Shown piece after piece: positions 19,801-28,322 of a stretch of 64,000 nucleotides of DNA. Position 1 is the stretch's first letter, and every line of letters begins with the position of its first letter. The notes beneath the pieces were generated by a model. It saw only the letters and a list, made by a program, of their open reading frames with translations, was not told where the DNA came from and did not search any database. Made by a program: the position numbers and the translations under genes. The stretch comes from Myxococcota bacterium (lineage in GTDB: Bacteria; Myxococcota_A; UBA796; GCA-2862545), in contig JBCCQY010000019.1 in NCBI GenBank assembly GCA_039208735.1, forward strand, positions 1 through 64,000. The letters are read 5' to 3'.

Positions 19801-20751
19801 ATCCAGGTGATCGCCACTGGTGGGATCGCACGAGGCGGACGAGACATCGACTTGGCGTTCCTTTGGGCGGCGGGTGACTTGTCAAGGCCTCGCCATCCGA
19901 ACCTCACGCTGGAACGCCTGGCCACGGACGGAGAGCGCCTGCGCATGCGGGCCGCGATGGAGCACTACAAGAAGCTCGCCGCAGCAGGAGAATTGGACAA
20001 GCCCATCGAGCTGACCATTGCGGGCGCAGAGCGAGAGTTGTTCTTGAACCGCCGGGTCCACGATCTCGCGCACCACATGCAGGTCCGAAACCGGACGTGG
20101 GAGCTGGCCACGGTGCCCTTGTTGGCCGCGGCGGGTCGACTGCCCGCTCCTGTGGCCTTGACCGAGGTGATCCTGACCGGTCGGGCCTCTCGCACCTACT
20201 GCCTGGCGGCCAACGTCCAGTCGGCGCTCAAGCACATGACGCCCGAATCGGTAACCGTGCGACTCGCTGAGGCTCCCATGCTCAAGGCCGCCGTGTCGTT
20301 GGGTGCGCGCCAGCATGCGATCGGCTTGGGCAATTTCACCACGAGCAACCAAGTGTTTCGAGACCGGCTGATCTACGTCTGGCGCGATGCCCGGCGGAGA
20401 GTCCACGCCACTGAGTTGTCGCCGGCCTGGCGGAGCGTGCCCCCGGACGGCCTGGACATCGAGGTTGAGCTGGCCGAGTCTCGGGAGGCTCGCATTTTCC
20501 GCACCTGGGTGGGGCTTCCTGCTTCCATGGATGCCACGGGTCCCACGATCCAGCGTCCCCGGATGGACGTGCGGGATCTCGAGCGACTGCTGAACGGCGA
20601 AGGCGGTCCCCCGTGGGCGGTCGAAGGCATTCACCCGGTCCCGTTTGAGATGGGGAGCTTGCGCTGGCGACGGAATGTCGGTCAACGCCGCACCGCACGC
20701 GTGCGGATCCACATGGACGCCAACCAACGCGTCGACATTGGAGCAGTCTGA
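16840..20751 (+). CDS. Single-pass membrane protein with extracytoplasmic N-terminal domain and C-terminal Hsp70/actin-like ATPase domain (degenerate motifs)
   Basis: Signal-like start MIWTLASLAFAAP; TM LIIIGGLLAALATLGLLV; CIDFGASAT, ATVPN, AEAEAVA, VLDVGASSSD, GGRDID, ILTGRASR, KAAVSLGA. Confidence 0.8.
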   Translation: MIWTLASLAFAAPLCPADAPKPTLHVVLWERRLPDKPGPFGRHLAKMREAFISHCNSSMVQGDLVSVFPEGLTQGRAEALHRRFERLGEGDYGAVYQLLERVGALARIGDADPLDPVHLVLDETSCETLNAEVYETINRPMLRGSQQLGDEASAWANPRAQRAVSHPELMVHHAFVQAQTHWRNEGILDKACHLPYDLTLSIVGPGGRSYEVNRADSRILDDYGSRALAYFHHLHQALYNTGIERELDGYRTSSRVALLDEAGLDHDPRNGAAWRSEDGSWNPLFWTDPKGEPLEVDFTGKLPVSLWFKHLPPATLTVPDGVSLWEVDATITRNGVPVVNVPVEQVDRQLVLNLDSARSDLLDSYTWSDPLVGALVSHVTVVRTAGGEDLPPFLVADPLEVLPAPPVRVGVYFYTTTELIIIGGLLAALATLGLLVRAIFYQPRRLAAELRWRTQDAPWLVEDDLIDLEKLQDATEFARESTIALRDPFSSRWVPGRRGQFTIRVARRSFVQAQLPLRDHEGFQNLTGAHWTATGANGLRTQVEGVPSSRLDRQLALQVVTRHDRIDHAQIADLEGVLEGREHLSVVLEVDVQVEDALGHFEPVHTVLYKALRLRSVRGQPQPIATVQVDDEGRYVALPIDRPEEGPFGAIILQNPVRRSCVTLPVHWTIQNAQAVMASEDGTVECHDVPVRMLIHRELVAAHSFVQDCAETSEVIQLALLHPPDVLAEASPKQWTVKVSVPVSWHVVGQPHAAHHQTLTAQYRLWDPELARAVCIDFGASATRILLQDPDPHEYGYLPMAHGIEGIEPMDFPAEAFLHEDDQVTLPPHARHVAEPGRLVESIKHAILGNTASNDLHQALERVVKALLESRLARRLQTDPEVLTPTGGRRTLEPGPRHLVVATVPNEAPPAYRQSLVNGIQASEVLADREVQILAEAEAVALWRAGQILGETNAEQAPFHLLVLDVGASSSDAAVVRVVPHLYEPPEIQVIATGGIARGGRDIDLAFLWAAGDLSRPRHPNLTLERLATDGERLRMRAAMEHYKKLAAAGELDKPIELTIAGAERELFLNRRVHDLAHHMQVRNRTWELATVPLLAAAGRLPAPVALTEVILTGRASRTYCLAANVQSALKHMTPESVTVRLAEAPMLKAAVSLGARQHAIGLGNFTTSNQVFRDRLIYVWRDARRRVHATELSPAWRSVPPDGLDIEVELAESREARIFRTWVGLPASMDATGPTIQRPRMDVRDLERLLNGEGGPPWAVEGIHPVPFEMGSLRWRRNVGQRRTARVRIHMDANQRVDIGAV

Positions 20752-22889
20752 TGAGGGAGCTGCTGGCCCAGCTACAGCAGTGGCTGTCTGGGGTCATTTC
20801 AACGTTCAACCACCTGATATTCGAGCAGGCTCCGCAACTCGAACAAAAAATCGACCCCGATGAGCAAGACACGTCCCCTCGACTCGAGGCGTTGCCCCCG
20901 CGGCCCTCCCTGCAAGGGGCCCTGGCCGCGGCCCGTCCCGATGATGGGCAGCAACACGCCGGTCTACAGCTGTGTGTGGACTTCGGGACGAGCGCAAGTG
21001 CAGTGGCCCTCGCTCGCGACGAAGACGGGTACGAGCTGGCCAACCTCGACGTCGAAGACGCCTCCAACGGTTTTCGACCACGGCAGACGGTGGATTCCGT
21101 ATTCGCACTTCCGCACGATCGAAACAGTCCGGACGGTGCGGTCATCGGACGACTCGCCGCTCAGCTCCGAAACAACCCTCTCGGCAGCCACTACGACTTT
21201 TACCAATCGCTGAAACGCCGCCTGTCGGATGACGAACGTGGCGATGACCACACCCCCGAATTCCTTTTGGACATCCAAGTCGCGATCGAGGAGCTGCTGT
21301 GGTTGGCCCTCTACCCGAAGAATTCGGCCACCCTCCGTTTTGCACGTGAGCATCTCAACTTGCGTACAGAGTACGTCGAGGCGCTGGATACCTACATCGG
21401 CTTGCAAGGCGACTACCAGGTCGATGAACTGCAAGACGGCGTGGCCCTCCATCTCGCTGTGCCCAACGCGTTTGGGGCATACGAGTGCCGCATTCTCAAG
21501 AACGCTGCCGGACGGGCCCTTGAGAACGTGCTGCGTCGACTCACCCAGGTGTGTGAATGGCCCGAGGTTCCTTTCCAGACCGAACCTCACCTGATTCGTG
21601 AGGCCGAGGCCGTGGTTTGGTGGGAGCATCGGTTCCGACGTGAAGCGGGGGAAGTGCGCGACCCCACGATGCCATCCGAGCACTGGCTCGTCTTCGACGT
21701 GGGAGGAGGCAGCACCGACGCAGCCATCGTGCTGGTGGAACACTCGGAAGGGGTCTCGGTCCAGACGGTTCGCCACTCGGGCGTGGCCCTCGGGGGGAAC
21801 GACGTCGACGAACTGATGCTCGCGACGATGGCGGCGCAGGACATGGAACCCGGCGATGATGTCAACATCCATGCGACAAAGTTGGTTGGCAACACCCCCC
21901 ACGGTCGAGGATGGCTTCTGCTCGATTACCAAGGCCGAAAAGTTCGTTGGGCCAAGGGAATGGCCAACGATCTTAAAGGCCAGACCAAAGAGGTGCTGCA
22001 GGAGTGGAGCCGCTGGATTCGCGAGGTGGTCACGGGCCGCCGTCATCGAGGAAAGGAAGAGCCGGTCAAGCCGGTTGGCGGATTGGTGACACCATTCGAG
22101 CCTCCGGGGAGCACCCGGGTCCAACTCGAACACCAGGACTACGGACCTCGACTCGCCCAGTACTTTAGAGCCACCGTCTGTGCGCTCCTCGACGACCTAT
22201 TCGAGAGCCGCCACGACGAACAAGGCCAGATCGACGCCCCCATCGCCCGCGTGGTGATCTCGGGACGCGGCTCGCTGCTGCCGGGGTTGAAGGACGCGGT
22301 GGTGAACTACCTGCTCCAGCGGCAGCTGATTCGGGACGCCGACCAGGTTGCCTACGCGTCAGCCGACGAGGGAGCGGTGGTGGCCGACGCCCTGAAGCTG
22401 GCCTGCGTCAAGGGAATCTGGGAGGCGTCGATGGCTCCCAACCGGCACATGCTTCACTTTGTGAACCAGGAGATCACCTACACCGCGCTGCAAGGGGATA
22501 ACAAGATTCCCATCTGGAAACATGGTTCGCGACTGACCCCTGACTCGAAGGCCCGAGCGGTGATTCATCGAACCTTTCGGCGACCACAGATATGGCGGTT
22601 CTACCAGCATCGTTTCCCGCGCACCATGGAGCGGTACTTCCCGGACGGCTCGCGGTGGGGCGGCTTCCGCGTGATCGGAACACACCGCCTGCAGCGCTAC
22701 GGGGAGGACGATGAGGCGTACCTCATCGAATTCGACTGTGCCGAATGGACCCTCGGTCTTTGGAACATCACCGACCTGCGACAGCCGCAGTGGGTCCAGA
22801 TGGGTCAGAGAAAGGGTGCCTTCAAATCGAAGAACAACCCCATTTCCCAATTGAGGTGGGGCTGGCGCTGGGAAGGGGAGCGAACATGA
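20751..22889 (+). CDS. Soluble Hsp70-family (actin-fold) ATPase-like protein
   Basis: CVDFGTSASAVA, SLKRRL, LAVPN, REAEAV, FDVGGGSTDAA, GGNDVD, ISGRGSLLPG, KLACVKG; 1-nt overlap with the previous gene. Confidence 0.85.
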   Translation: MRELLAQLQQWLSGVISTFNHLIFEQAPQLEQKIDPDEQDTSPRLEALPPRPSLQGALAAARPDDGQQHAGLQLCVDFGTSASAVALARDEDGYELANLDVEDASNGFRPRQTVDSVFALPHDRNSPDGAVIGRLAAQLRNNPLGSHYDFYQSLKRRLSDDERGDDHTPEFLLDIQVAIEELLWLALYPKNSATLRFAREHLNLRTEYVEALDTYIGLQGDYQVDELQDGVALHLAVPNAFGAYECRILKNAAGRALENVLRRLTQVCEWPEVPFQTEPHLIREAEAVVWWEHRFRREAGEVRDPTMPSEHWLVFDVGGGSTDAAIVLVEHSEGVSVQTVRHSGVALGGNDVDELMLATMAAQDMEPGDDVNIHATKLVGNTPHGRGWLLLDYQGRKVRWAKGMANDLKGQTKEVLQEWSRWIREVVTGRRHRGKEEPVKPVGGLVTPFEPPGSTRVQLEHQDYGPRLAQYFRATVCALLDDLFESRHDEQGQIDAPIARVVISGRGSLLPGLKDAVVNYLLQRQLIRDADQVAYASADEGAVVADALKLACVKGIWEASMAPNRHMLHFVNQEITYTALQGDNKIPIWKHGSRLTPDSKARAVIHRTFRRPQIWRFYQHRFPRTMERYFPDGSRWGGFRVIGTHRLQRYGEDDEAYLIEFDCAEWTLGLWNITDLRQPQWVQMGQRKGAFKSKNNPISQLRWGWRWEGERT

Positions 22890-25303
22890 CCGTCTGGATC
22901 ATCTTCACATTGGCCCGAACGTCGACGGCGTCCGAGCCTGGGATCCTGGCCGCTTTCCAGCGACTCCCGGGGGAGCAAGGCTCTCGGTTCGTGAACACCA
23001 CGTACGGACAGGAGGTCGTCTCGCCACTCGTCCAGACGCTCAATCCCAACGACTGCGAGGGGGAGGCCTGGGCGGTCGGCGACCCCCAAACCCCTGCGTT
23101 CGTCGGTGAACAAACCGAGGATTCGGGTCCCGCCTCCCTCGATGAGTGGTCCTGGTGCGAGGACCCCGCGAGGCCCTTCCCCTTGTTTGTCGGTCACCTG
23201 AGCGTCCAGGTTGCCCCGCCCGAAGGGCGAAAGCTTGATGCTGTCCTCACCGAAGCGTTGGCTCCCTACGTGGGAATCCGAAAGGTGTGGGAGCACGGCT
23301 TTTACTCGGTCGTCAGCAAATCCTTGGTCAACGAGCGCCTGCCCTGTTCGCTTTCAGGGTCCCCTTCGCGCAATTCGGTGGCCCCCCTCAGTGCCACCAA
23401 ACGACATGGTCTGGATTCCCAAGAGCCCTTGCTGGTGGGCTGGTTCCGAGCCGATGCGAGCCCATGGTGCGAGGTGTGGCTCGACGCCCGCAGCGATCGG
23501 CCACGCCTCTACTCGCTTGATAGCGCCTGCGCCGTCGAGCAATCCGACGGGCGAGCGACCATCACCGGCGAACTCCAACTGTTCGACATGTCGCGCAGGC
23601 CCTCTCAGCTGTGCGAGCAGCCACCGGACAAAACTAAAGGTCCAAGGCCGCACTTCTTGGTTCAGTCGACCATCGACATCGAATGGCGTGCCCACCCTGA
23701 GCCCGCCCGCGCCTTTTGGTTGTGGGTGCTGCTCGGCCTCATCCTCGTCGGAATCGCGGGGGCCGCCGGTTACAGACTCTTCAAGTCCTGGAACTCGCGG
23801 AGCAAAACGGCACCGTCGGGCTCTGGGTCGTCAGGATTTGACACCACGCCCGCGATGGACCTTCGCGCATGGATCGAAGTCCTCTGGGCCGAACTGCATG
23901 CCGATCGTCAGCGCGAGTTTCGTTCGCTCAAGGACGATCGAATGGGCGTTTCCCGCTGGGTCATGGACGAGCACTCCCCCGGGCGAAGGCTGCGGGAGGC
24001 CTTTGAGGAACGAATGAAAACCCCCTTCGGGGGCCGCCCCCCCGAAGGCTGGACACAGGCCCTCGAAGTGATCCATGACAGCCCACCCTTTGATGGAAAA
24101 TGGACCGATGACCACTGGAATGCTGCTCTGTGCATGGTCCTAGCCGGGTTGAAGAGCGATGCGGATCCGGGCCGCGGCTACGCGGACGTTCCTGACGCGC
24201 TCCACGTCGTGATGACGTTCTTTTGGGATCAAACCCCTCTTCCCGATCAAAGCGCTCGCGCACACGATGCGGTTCCCAGGCTTCTTCGTCACTTCGAGGC
24301 GCTTCAGCTTACCGACAAGGAGCCGCACGACTCGTTCCCCCAACGCCGATCCACGGTCGTCAATCGGCCTCCGCCCGACCTCCTCGACGAAGACGAGGAG
24401 GAGGACGACGAAAATACGCAGCAGTTGGACAGTGCGCAGGTCGCTCGACTGAGCCAACACCAAGAGGTGCAGGAATTCCGCACCATCTTGCGCAATGTTC
24501 GTCAACACCCAAAGGTCCAGGAGTTGCTGTCCAAGGTCCGCCGAGCCTGTAGCGAAGGCAACCTACAAATGATCTTGGAAGCGGAGAAACTCCTCCGGGA
24601 GAGCGACCGTTACCTAGATAAAGTCAACGGAAGCAGAATCCGGAAAGGCTCACCGTACCATGTGAAGTGGTTGCAGCGACACGAGACCCTGACGACCGGG
24701 CTGACGGATATCGAGACCTTTGTGAAGGCCATCCCGGTAGCGCTCACAGGGCAGGACTTCGACGGTGCCTTCGCCGATCTCCTTCGTACCGAGTTTCAGT
24801 ATCAGCCGAAGCCTCGTCCAGACCTCGAAAGTCGAGGCATTGCGATTTGGAAGGAACTTTGCGGGCGAATCCAGGACACCCCCCGACCTGATGAAGGCGA
24901 CAGTTCCGCAAAGAACCTGTTGCAACAGATTTACGATCGCTTCTTCCTTCCTTGGTTTCATGTTGCTCAATTCATGCAGTATTCGCTCCGCAACGAAGTT
25001 CCCAAGATGAGAAAGGGAACACCTAGTGACCACGTTGGCCTCCTCAACCAGTACGTCGCAAGGTTCGGCTACGAGTTCATGCGCATCCCGCTCTATGACG
25101 GCGAGCGAAAACAGAGCCACTACGCCGGAACAGACATGATGCAAAAACCTACCGAGCCGAGACAGTGGTACGAAGGACTAAGCAACGCTCCCCGGTTCGA
25201 ATCCGGAACGGTGATTTGGGTCGAAACGCCCAAACACATCCAATCACCGCTAGGCTACCTTGAACCCGGAACATTCCTCTACTTGGCTCCTCAAGCTTCG
25301 TGA
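22886..25303 (+). CDS. Single-pass membrane protein; C-terminal domain paralogous to the next gene (possibly GrpE-like)
   Basis: ATGA overlap; Cys-containing N-terminal domain; TM FWLWVLLGLILVGIAGAAGY; acidic linker DEDEEEDDE. Confidence 0.75.
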   Translation: MTVWIIFTLARTSTASEPGILAAFQRLPGEQGSRFVNTTYGQEVVSPLVQTLNPNDCEGEAWAVGDPQTPAFVGEQTEDSGPASLDEWSWCEDPARPFPLFVGHLSVQVAPPEGRKLDAVLTEALAPYVGIRKVWEHGFYSVVSKSLVNERLPCSLSGSPSRNSVAPLSATKRHGLDSQEPLLVGWFRADASPWCEVWLDARSDRPRLYSLDSACAVEQSDGRATITGELQLFDMSRRPSQLCEQPPDKTKGPRPHFLVQSTIDIEWRAHPEPARAFWLWVLLGLILVGIAGAAGYRLFKSWNSRSKTAPSGSGSSGFDTTPAMDLRAWIEVLWAELHADRQREFRSLKDDRMGVSRWVMDEHSPGRRLREAFEERMKTPFGGRPPEGWTQALEVIHDSPPFDGKWTDDHWNAALCMVLAGLKSDADPGRGYADVPDALHVVMTFFWDQTPLPDQSARAHDAVPRLLRHFEALQLTDKEPHDSFPQRRSTVVNRPPPDLLDEDEEEDDENTQQLDSAQVARLSQHQEVQEFRTILRNVRQHPKVQELLSKVRRACSEGNLQMILEAEKLLRESDRYLDKVNGSRIRKGSPYHVKWLQRHETLTTGLTDIETFVKAIPVALTGQDFDGAFADLLRTEFQYQPKPRPDLESRGIAIWKELCGRIQDTPRPDEGDSSAKNLLQQIYDRFFLPWFHVAQFMQYSLRNEVPKMRKGTPSDHVGLLNQYVARFGYEFMRIPLYDGERKQSHYAGTDMMQKPTEPRQWYEGLSNAPRFESGTVIWVETPKHIQSPLGYLEPGTFLYLAPQAS

Positions 25304-25402
25304 TGCACGCGCGCCATGCGTCATGGAGCACGCCCATCCCCCCCTGGGCCATCGGAGCCCGGCATGTCCTTTTCTTGACCCCTCAAGGCCGCTGAATCGA
25401 CC

Positions 25403-26983
25403 ATGCACACACGAATCTCTATCGATCCCGATCATGTTTCCCGAGCCATTGGCGGCACCGGTTTTGCAAGAAATGCCTCCCCTTTGGGGTCGGCTGGCGT
25501 TACCGAAAGCATCCTCGTGCATCGCGGAGACTTTCCCGACCGCCACTCCATCGTCTACATTTTTCCTTATGCCAATACGCCCTTTGAGGAGTGGATCAAC
25601 GACGCGTTCGAGTTTGAGGCTGCTGCCTGGCGTGCATACTGGACGGAACTCGAAGTCGCCCTCGAGCTGTTTCGTGCCCCGGCCCCCGGAGCACCACCCC
25701 AAGCCCCCGTCCTGACCGCCGTGCCGCTCCTTGGAGACCTCGAAACGGCGATCTTTCGCGCCAACTACACGCCGCTAGGCAGCGAAGCTTCCTTGCCCAT
25801 GTTGGTTCGACCCTACGTCGAGTGGCCACAAGCGGAGTCGCTCGCAGAACTGCGAGGGGAAGCTGCGATTGCAAAGCTCCACGGGCTCCTAAATCGCATC
25901 TGGGCCCGTCTTCATCAAGAAGGCTATCTTCCAAGTCCAACCGAGCATCTCTCGTTGGATTCGTTGGCCGAGGGCTTTGCTGAGCCGTGGCATCTCCTAA
26001 GCGATGGCGACCAAGTGGTGCCCACACAGTTTCGCTTGTTTCATGCTGACTTTCGACGCATTCGACGCAATCGAGCTCGGCCTCGCCACATCAATACCCA
26101 GCCAGTTCAAAGGTCTTCATCGCCCGGGCCTTACACCTCCGCCTCATCCCTTGGCCCAGACGGCGACTTCCTGGCGGATACCGTTCGCGGAATCGATAGC
26201 CACTCGGTGTTCAAGGACACGATTTCGGAGATCATGGCACTGTCGAACCGGATTCTTCGGGATGCCCAACGAACCGTCGCTACGAGTCAACGTCTTCGGG
26301 AGCATGGCCAGCGGGGAACCCTGCAATCAGCCATGGCCTACCTCGGCGAGTGGGAAAGACAAGAAAACCTGCTTCGGCGTGGTCTCAATCTGCTGACGGT
26401 GTTCATGACCGGCGCCGCGAAACTCATCGACCGGCCGGGTAGCATCGAAGACCGTGTGCAATCGGTCATGCAACTTCCCGAGTACCAAAGCGTTCAAAGC
26501 CCCGATTCCACGAGATGGAAGCCAGGTTTCCAAGCTTGGAAACTGCTCTGCTCTAAAATCCCCGCCGCCCCTCGGCCAGACGGCGGAGCCGCCGCAGGCC
26601 ATCAAGCCCAGGGTGGGATGTTCCGCCAAATCGTCCAGCCTTGGATAGCGCTTGCGCAATTCCTCGAAGAAGCGCTACCGGTTGAGGTGCCCGTGCTGCC
26701 AAGAACCGATCCGGGTCACCAGAGCACCGCTCAACACGTCGCGAGTGCGCTGGGCTTTGAAGTTTCGCCCATTCCCTTGTACCACCCCACGCGCGTAGCC
26801 AGCCATTACGAAGGTACCAATATCGATATCCAACCGGCACCGCCGGGCACCGTGTTTCACGACCTTCCTGCTCATCCGACGACCCACGACGGAGCCGTGG
26901 TCCGGGTGCAATTCCCCCACCTCATGCGCGCACCGTCGGGACAAGGGCAACCCTCGAGGATCTGGGTACTCCATTCGGGATGA
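25403..26983 (+). CDS. Hypothetical protein with the same C-terminal domain as the upstream gene (possibly GrpE-like)
   Basis: 526-aa ORF; shared WK.LC..I...PRPD, PW...AQF, IPLY, SHY.GT and G.V..V..P motifs. Confidence 0.75.
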   Translation: MHTRISIDPDHVSRAIGGTGFARNASPLGSAGVTESILVHRGDFPDRHSIVYIFPYANTPFEEWINDAFEFEAAAWRAYWTELEVALELFRAPAPGAPPQAPVLTAVPLLGDLETAIFRANYTPLGSEASLPMLVRPYVEWPQAESLAELRGEAAIAKLHGLLNRIWARLHQEGYLPSPTEHLSLDSLAEGFAEPWHLLSDGDQVVPTQFRLFHADFRRIRRNRARPRHINTQPVQRSSSPGPYTSASSLGPDGDFLADTVRGIDSHSVFKDTISEIMALSNRILRDAQRTVATSQRLREHGQRGTLQSAMAYLGEWERQENLLRRGLNLLTVFMTGAAKLIDRPGSIEDRVQSVMQLPEYQSVQSPDSTRWKPGFQAWKLLCSKIPAAPRPDGGAAAGHQAQGGMFRQIVQPWIALAQFLEEALPVEVPVLPRTDPGHQSTAQHVASALGFEVSPIPLYHPTRVASHYEGTNIDIQPAPPGTVFHDLPAHPTTHDGAVVRVQFPHLMRAPSGQGQPSRIWVLHSG

Positions 26984-27528
26984 AGGCTCGGGTCCCGTGG
27001 CCGATGGCTGCGGTGGAGGTTCGGATGGATCCGTCCCGACCCGTGGTCCACTACCTGGATGCGCCAACGGCCCCCGCCATCCCGGCGTCCGGCTGGCTCG
27101 CGATGCGCCTGTACGGCCAGCCCCCATGGCGTCCTCGGGCCGTTCCCGCCCCCTGCGTGCGATGGTGGAGCCCTCCGCTCGCGGGTCCTGTGATCGCCTA
27201 TGTGGTTGCGTCGGCCTTGGGGATCGAACGACCCAGGGTGGACTTCGATCACCCGACCCTTCGTGATTGGATCCGAGCCAGATATGAACTGGAGAACGGT
27301 CGCCTTGTCGAAGCTCGTCGGCTTGCGCGCCGGGTCGTTGCAGACTGGCCGGACTGGGCCCCAGGCTGGGTTCTCCTCGAGGCCGTAGCCCACCAGATCC
27401 CAGGCGACTCCCAGACCGAAGCCTACCGCCGAGGCCGGGGCCGCCACACGGACTGTGGGTTCGCCATGGGCTGCGGACCGTTCGAAATGACCATGAAGCC
27501 CTCCCCGATCGCCAAAATGCTCCAGTAA
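26980..27528 (+). CDS. Hypothetical protein with a C-terminal TPR-like helix pair
   Basis: ATGA overlap; GRLVEARRLARRVVADWPDWAPGWVLLEAV. Confidence 0.55.
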   Translation: MKARVPWPMAAVEVRMDPSRPVVHYLDAPTAPAIPASGWLAMRLYGQPPWRPRAVPAPCVRWWSPPLAGPVIAYVVASALGIERPRVDFDHPTLRDWIRARYELENGRLVEARRLARRVVADWPDWAPGWVLLEAVAHQIPGDSQTEAYRRGRGRHTDCGFAMGCGPFEMTMKPSPIAKMLQ

Positions 27529-27536
27529 GCCAGGAG

Positions 27537-28322
27537 CTACCTACGACGAGGAACCGAAACGATGAGGCCCAGGCCAGGGCTTCGGTTCACGTTGGGGACC
27601 AACGAAACAGAAGCGCGCTTCTTCGAAGACCCCCGGCGCGCCAATAGCACGAAGGTGCTGACCGTAGCGACGACCGCAACACCGGCAGAGAGGTCGGCGG
27701 CCAGTGCGCGACGGGATTGGCGCCTCACAAAGGGCTCCGCTTCGCTATCGCAGAGCACGTCGCCCCCTGGCAAGGTGTTGCTGCAATAGGTGAGCGCTTC
27801 GCGTTCGGCACGCTCCGACAGGATTCCCAACGTGGCCGCACTGACCGTCGACACCGCAGCCGTCGCCCCGAGCGTAACGATCGGCCACACCGGGCGAGCT
27901 TCGATAGGTTCAACCTCCAACGGCACCGAGGCGGAGGCTTCGGCCTCGCGAGCCTCCTCCAGCCGCTCGAGGCGACGCAACCGCTCCTCCACCGCAACGA
28001 CGTCGTGGGCTTCTCCCGAGGCCAGGTACTCTCGATAGTATTGGATGGCCTGCGGATAGTCCGGAAGCCGCTCGTAGGCGTTGGCCATGTTGTAGAGCAA
28101 CTGCGGCCGAGGGCTTAGGTCGTAGGCCTCACGAAACCGGGCAATCGCTTCTGGGTAACGGCCCGCTTCGTAGTGGGACGCTCCTTCGAGATAGGCGGCC
28201 AGCGCTTGTTTCTCCACATCATCGCGTTCACCGACTTCCGGATTTGGATCTTCCTGCGCGTGCGCAGGCCCGGCCACCAGCCATGCGGACATCAGCACCA
28301 ACAGCGTCACGGGGTCTCCCAT
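27537..28322 (-). CDS. Secreted/membrane TPR protein (myxobacterial type)
   Basis: Signal peptide ending AHA; YEAGRYPEAIARFREAYDLSPRPQLLYNMANAYERL; hydrophobic C-terminal helices. Confidence 0.8.
   Translation of the reverse strand: MGDPVTLLVLMSAWLVAGPAHAQEDPNPEVGERDDVEKQALAAYLEGASHYEAGRYPEAIARFREAYDLSPRPQLLYNMANAYERLPDYPQAIQYYREYLASGEAHDVVAVEERLRRLERLEEAREAEASASVPLEVEPIEARPVWPIVTLGATAAVSTVSAATLGILSERAEREALTYCSNTLPGGDVLCDSEAEPFVRRQSRRALAADLSAGVAVVATVSTFVLLARRGSSKKRASVSLVPNVNRSPGLGLIVSVPRRR

Noticed and set aside
16840..22889. Housekeeping dnaK, mreB or ftsA
   Set aside because: Too divergent and too long, with extra domains; no dnaJ, mreC/mreD or ftsZ in context
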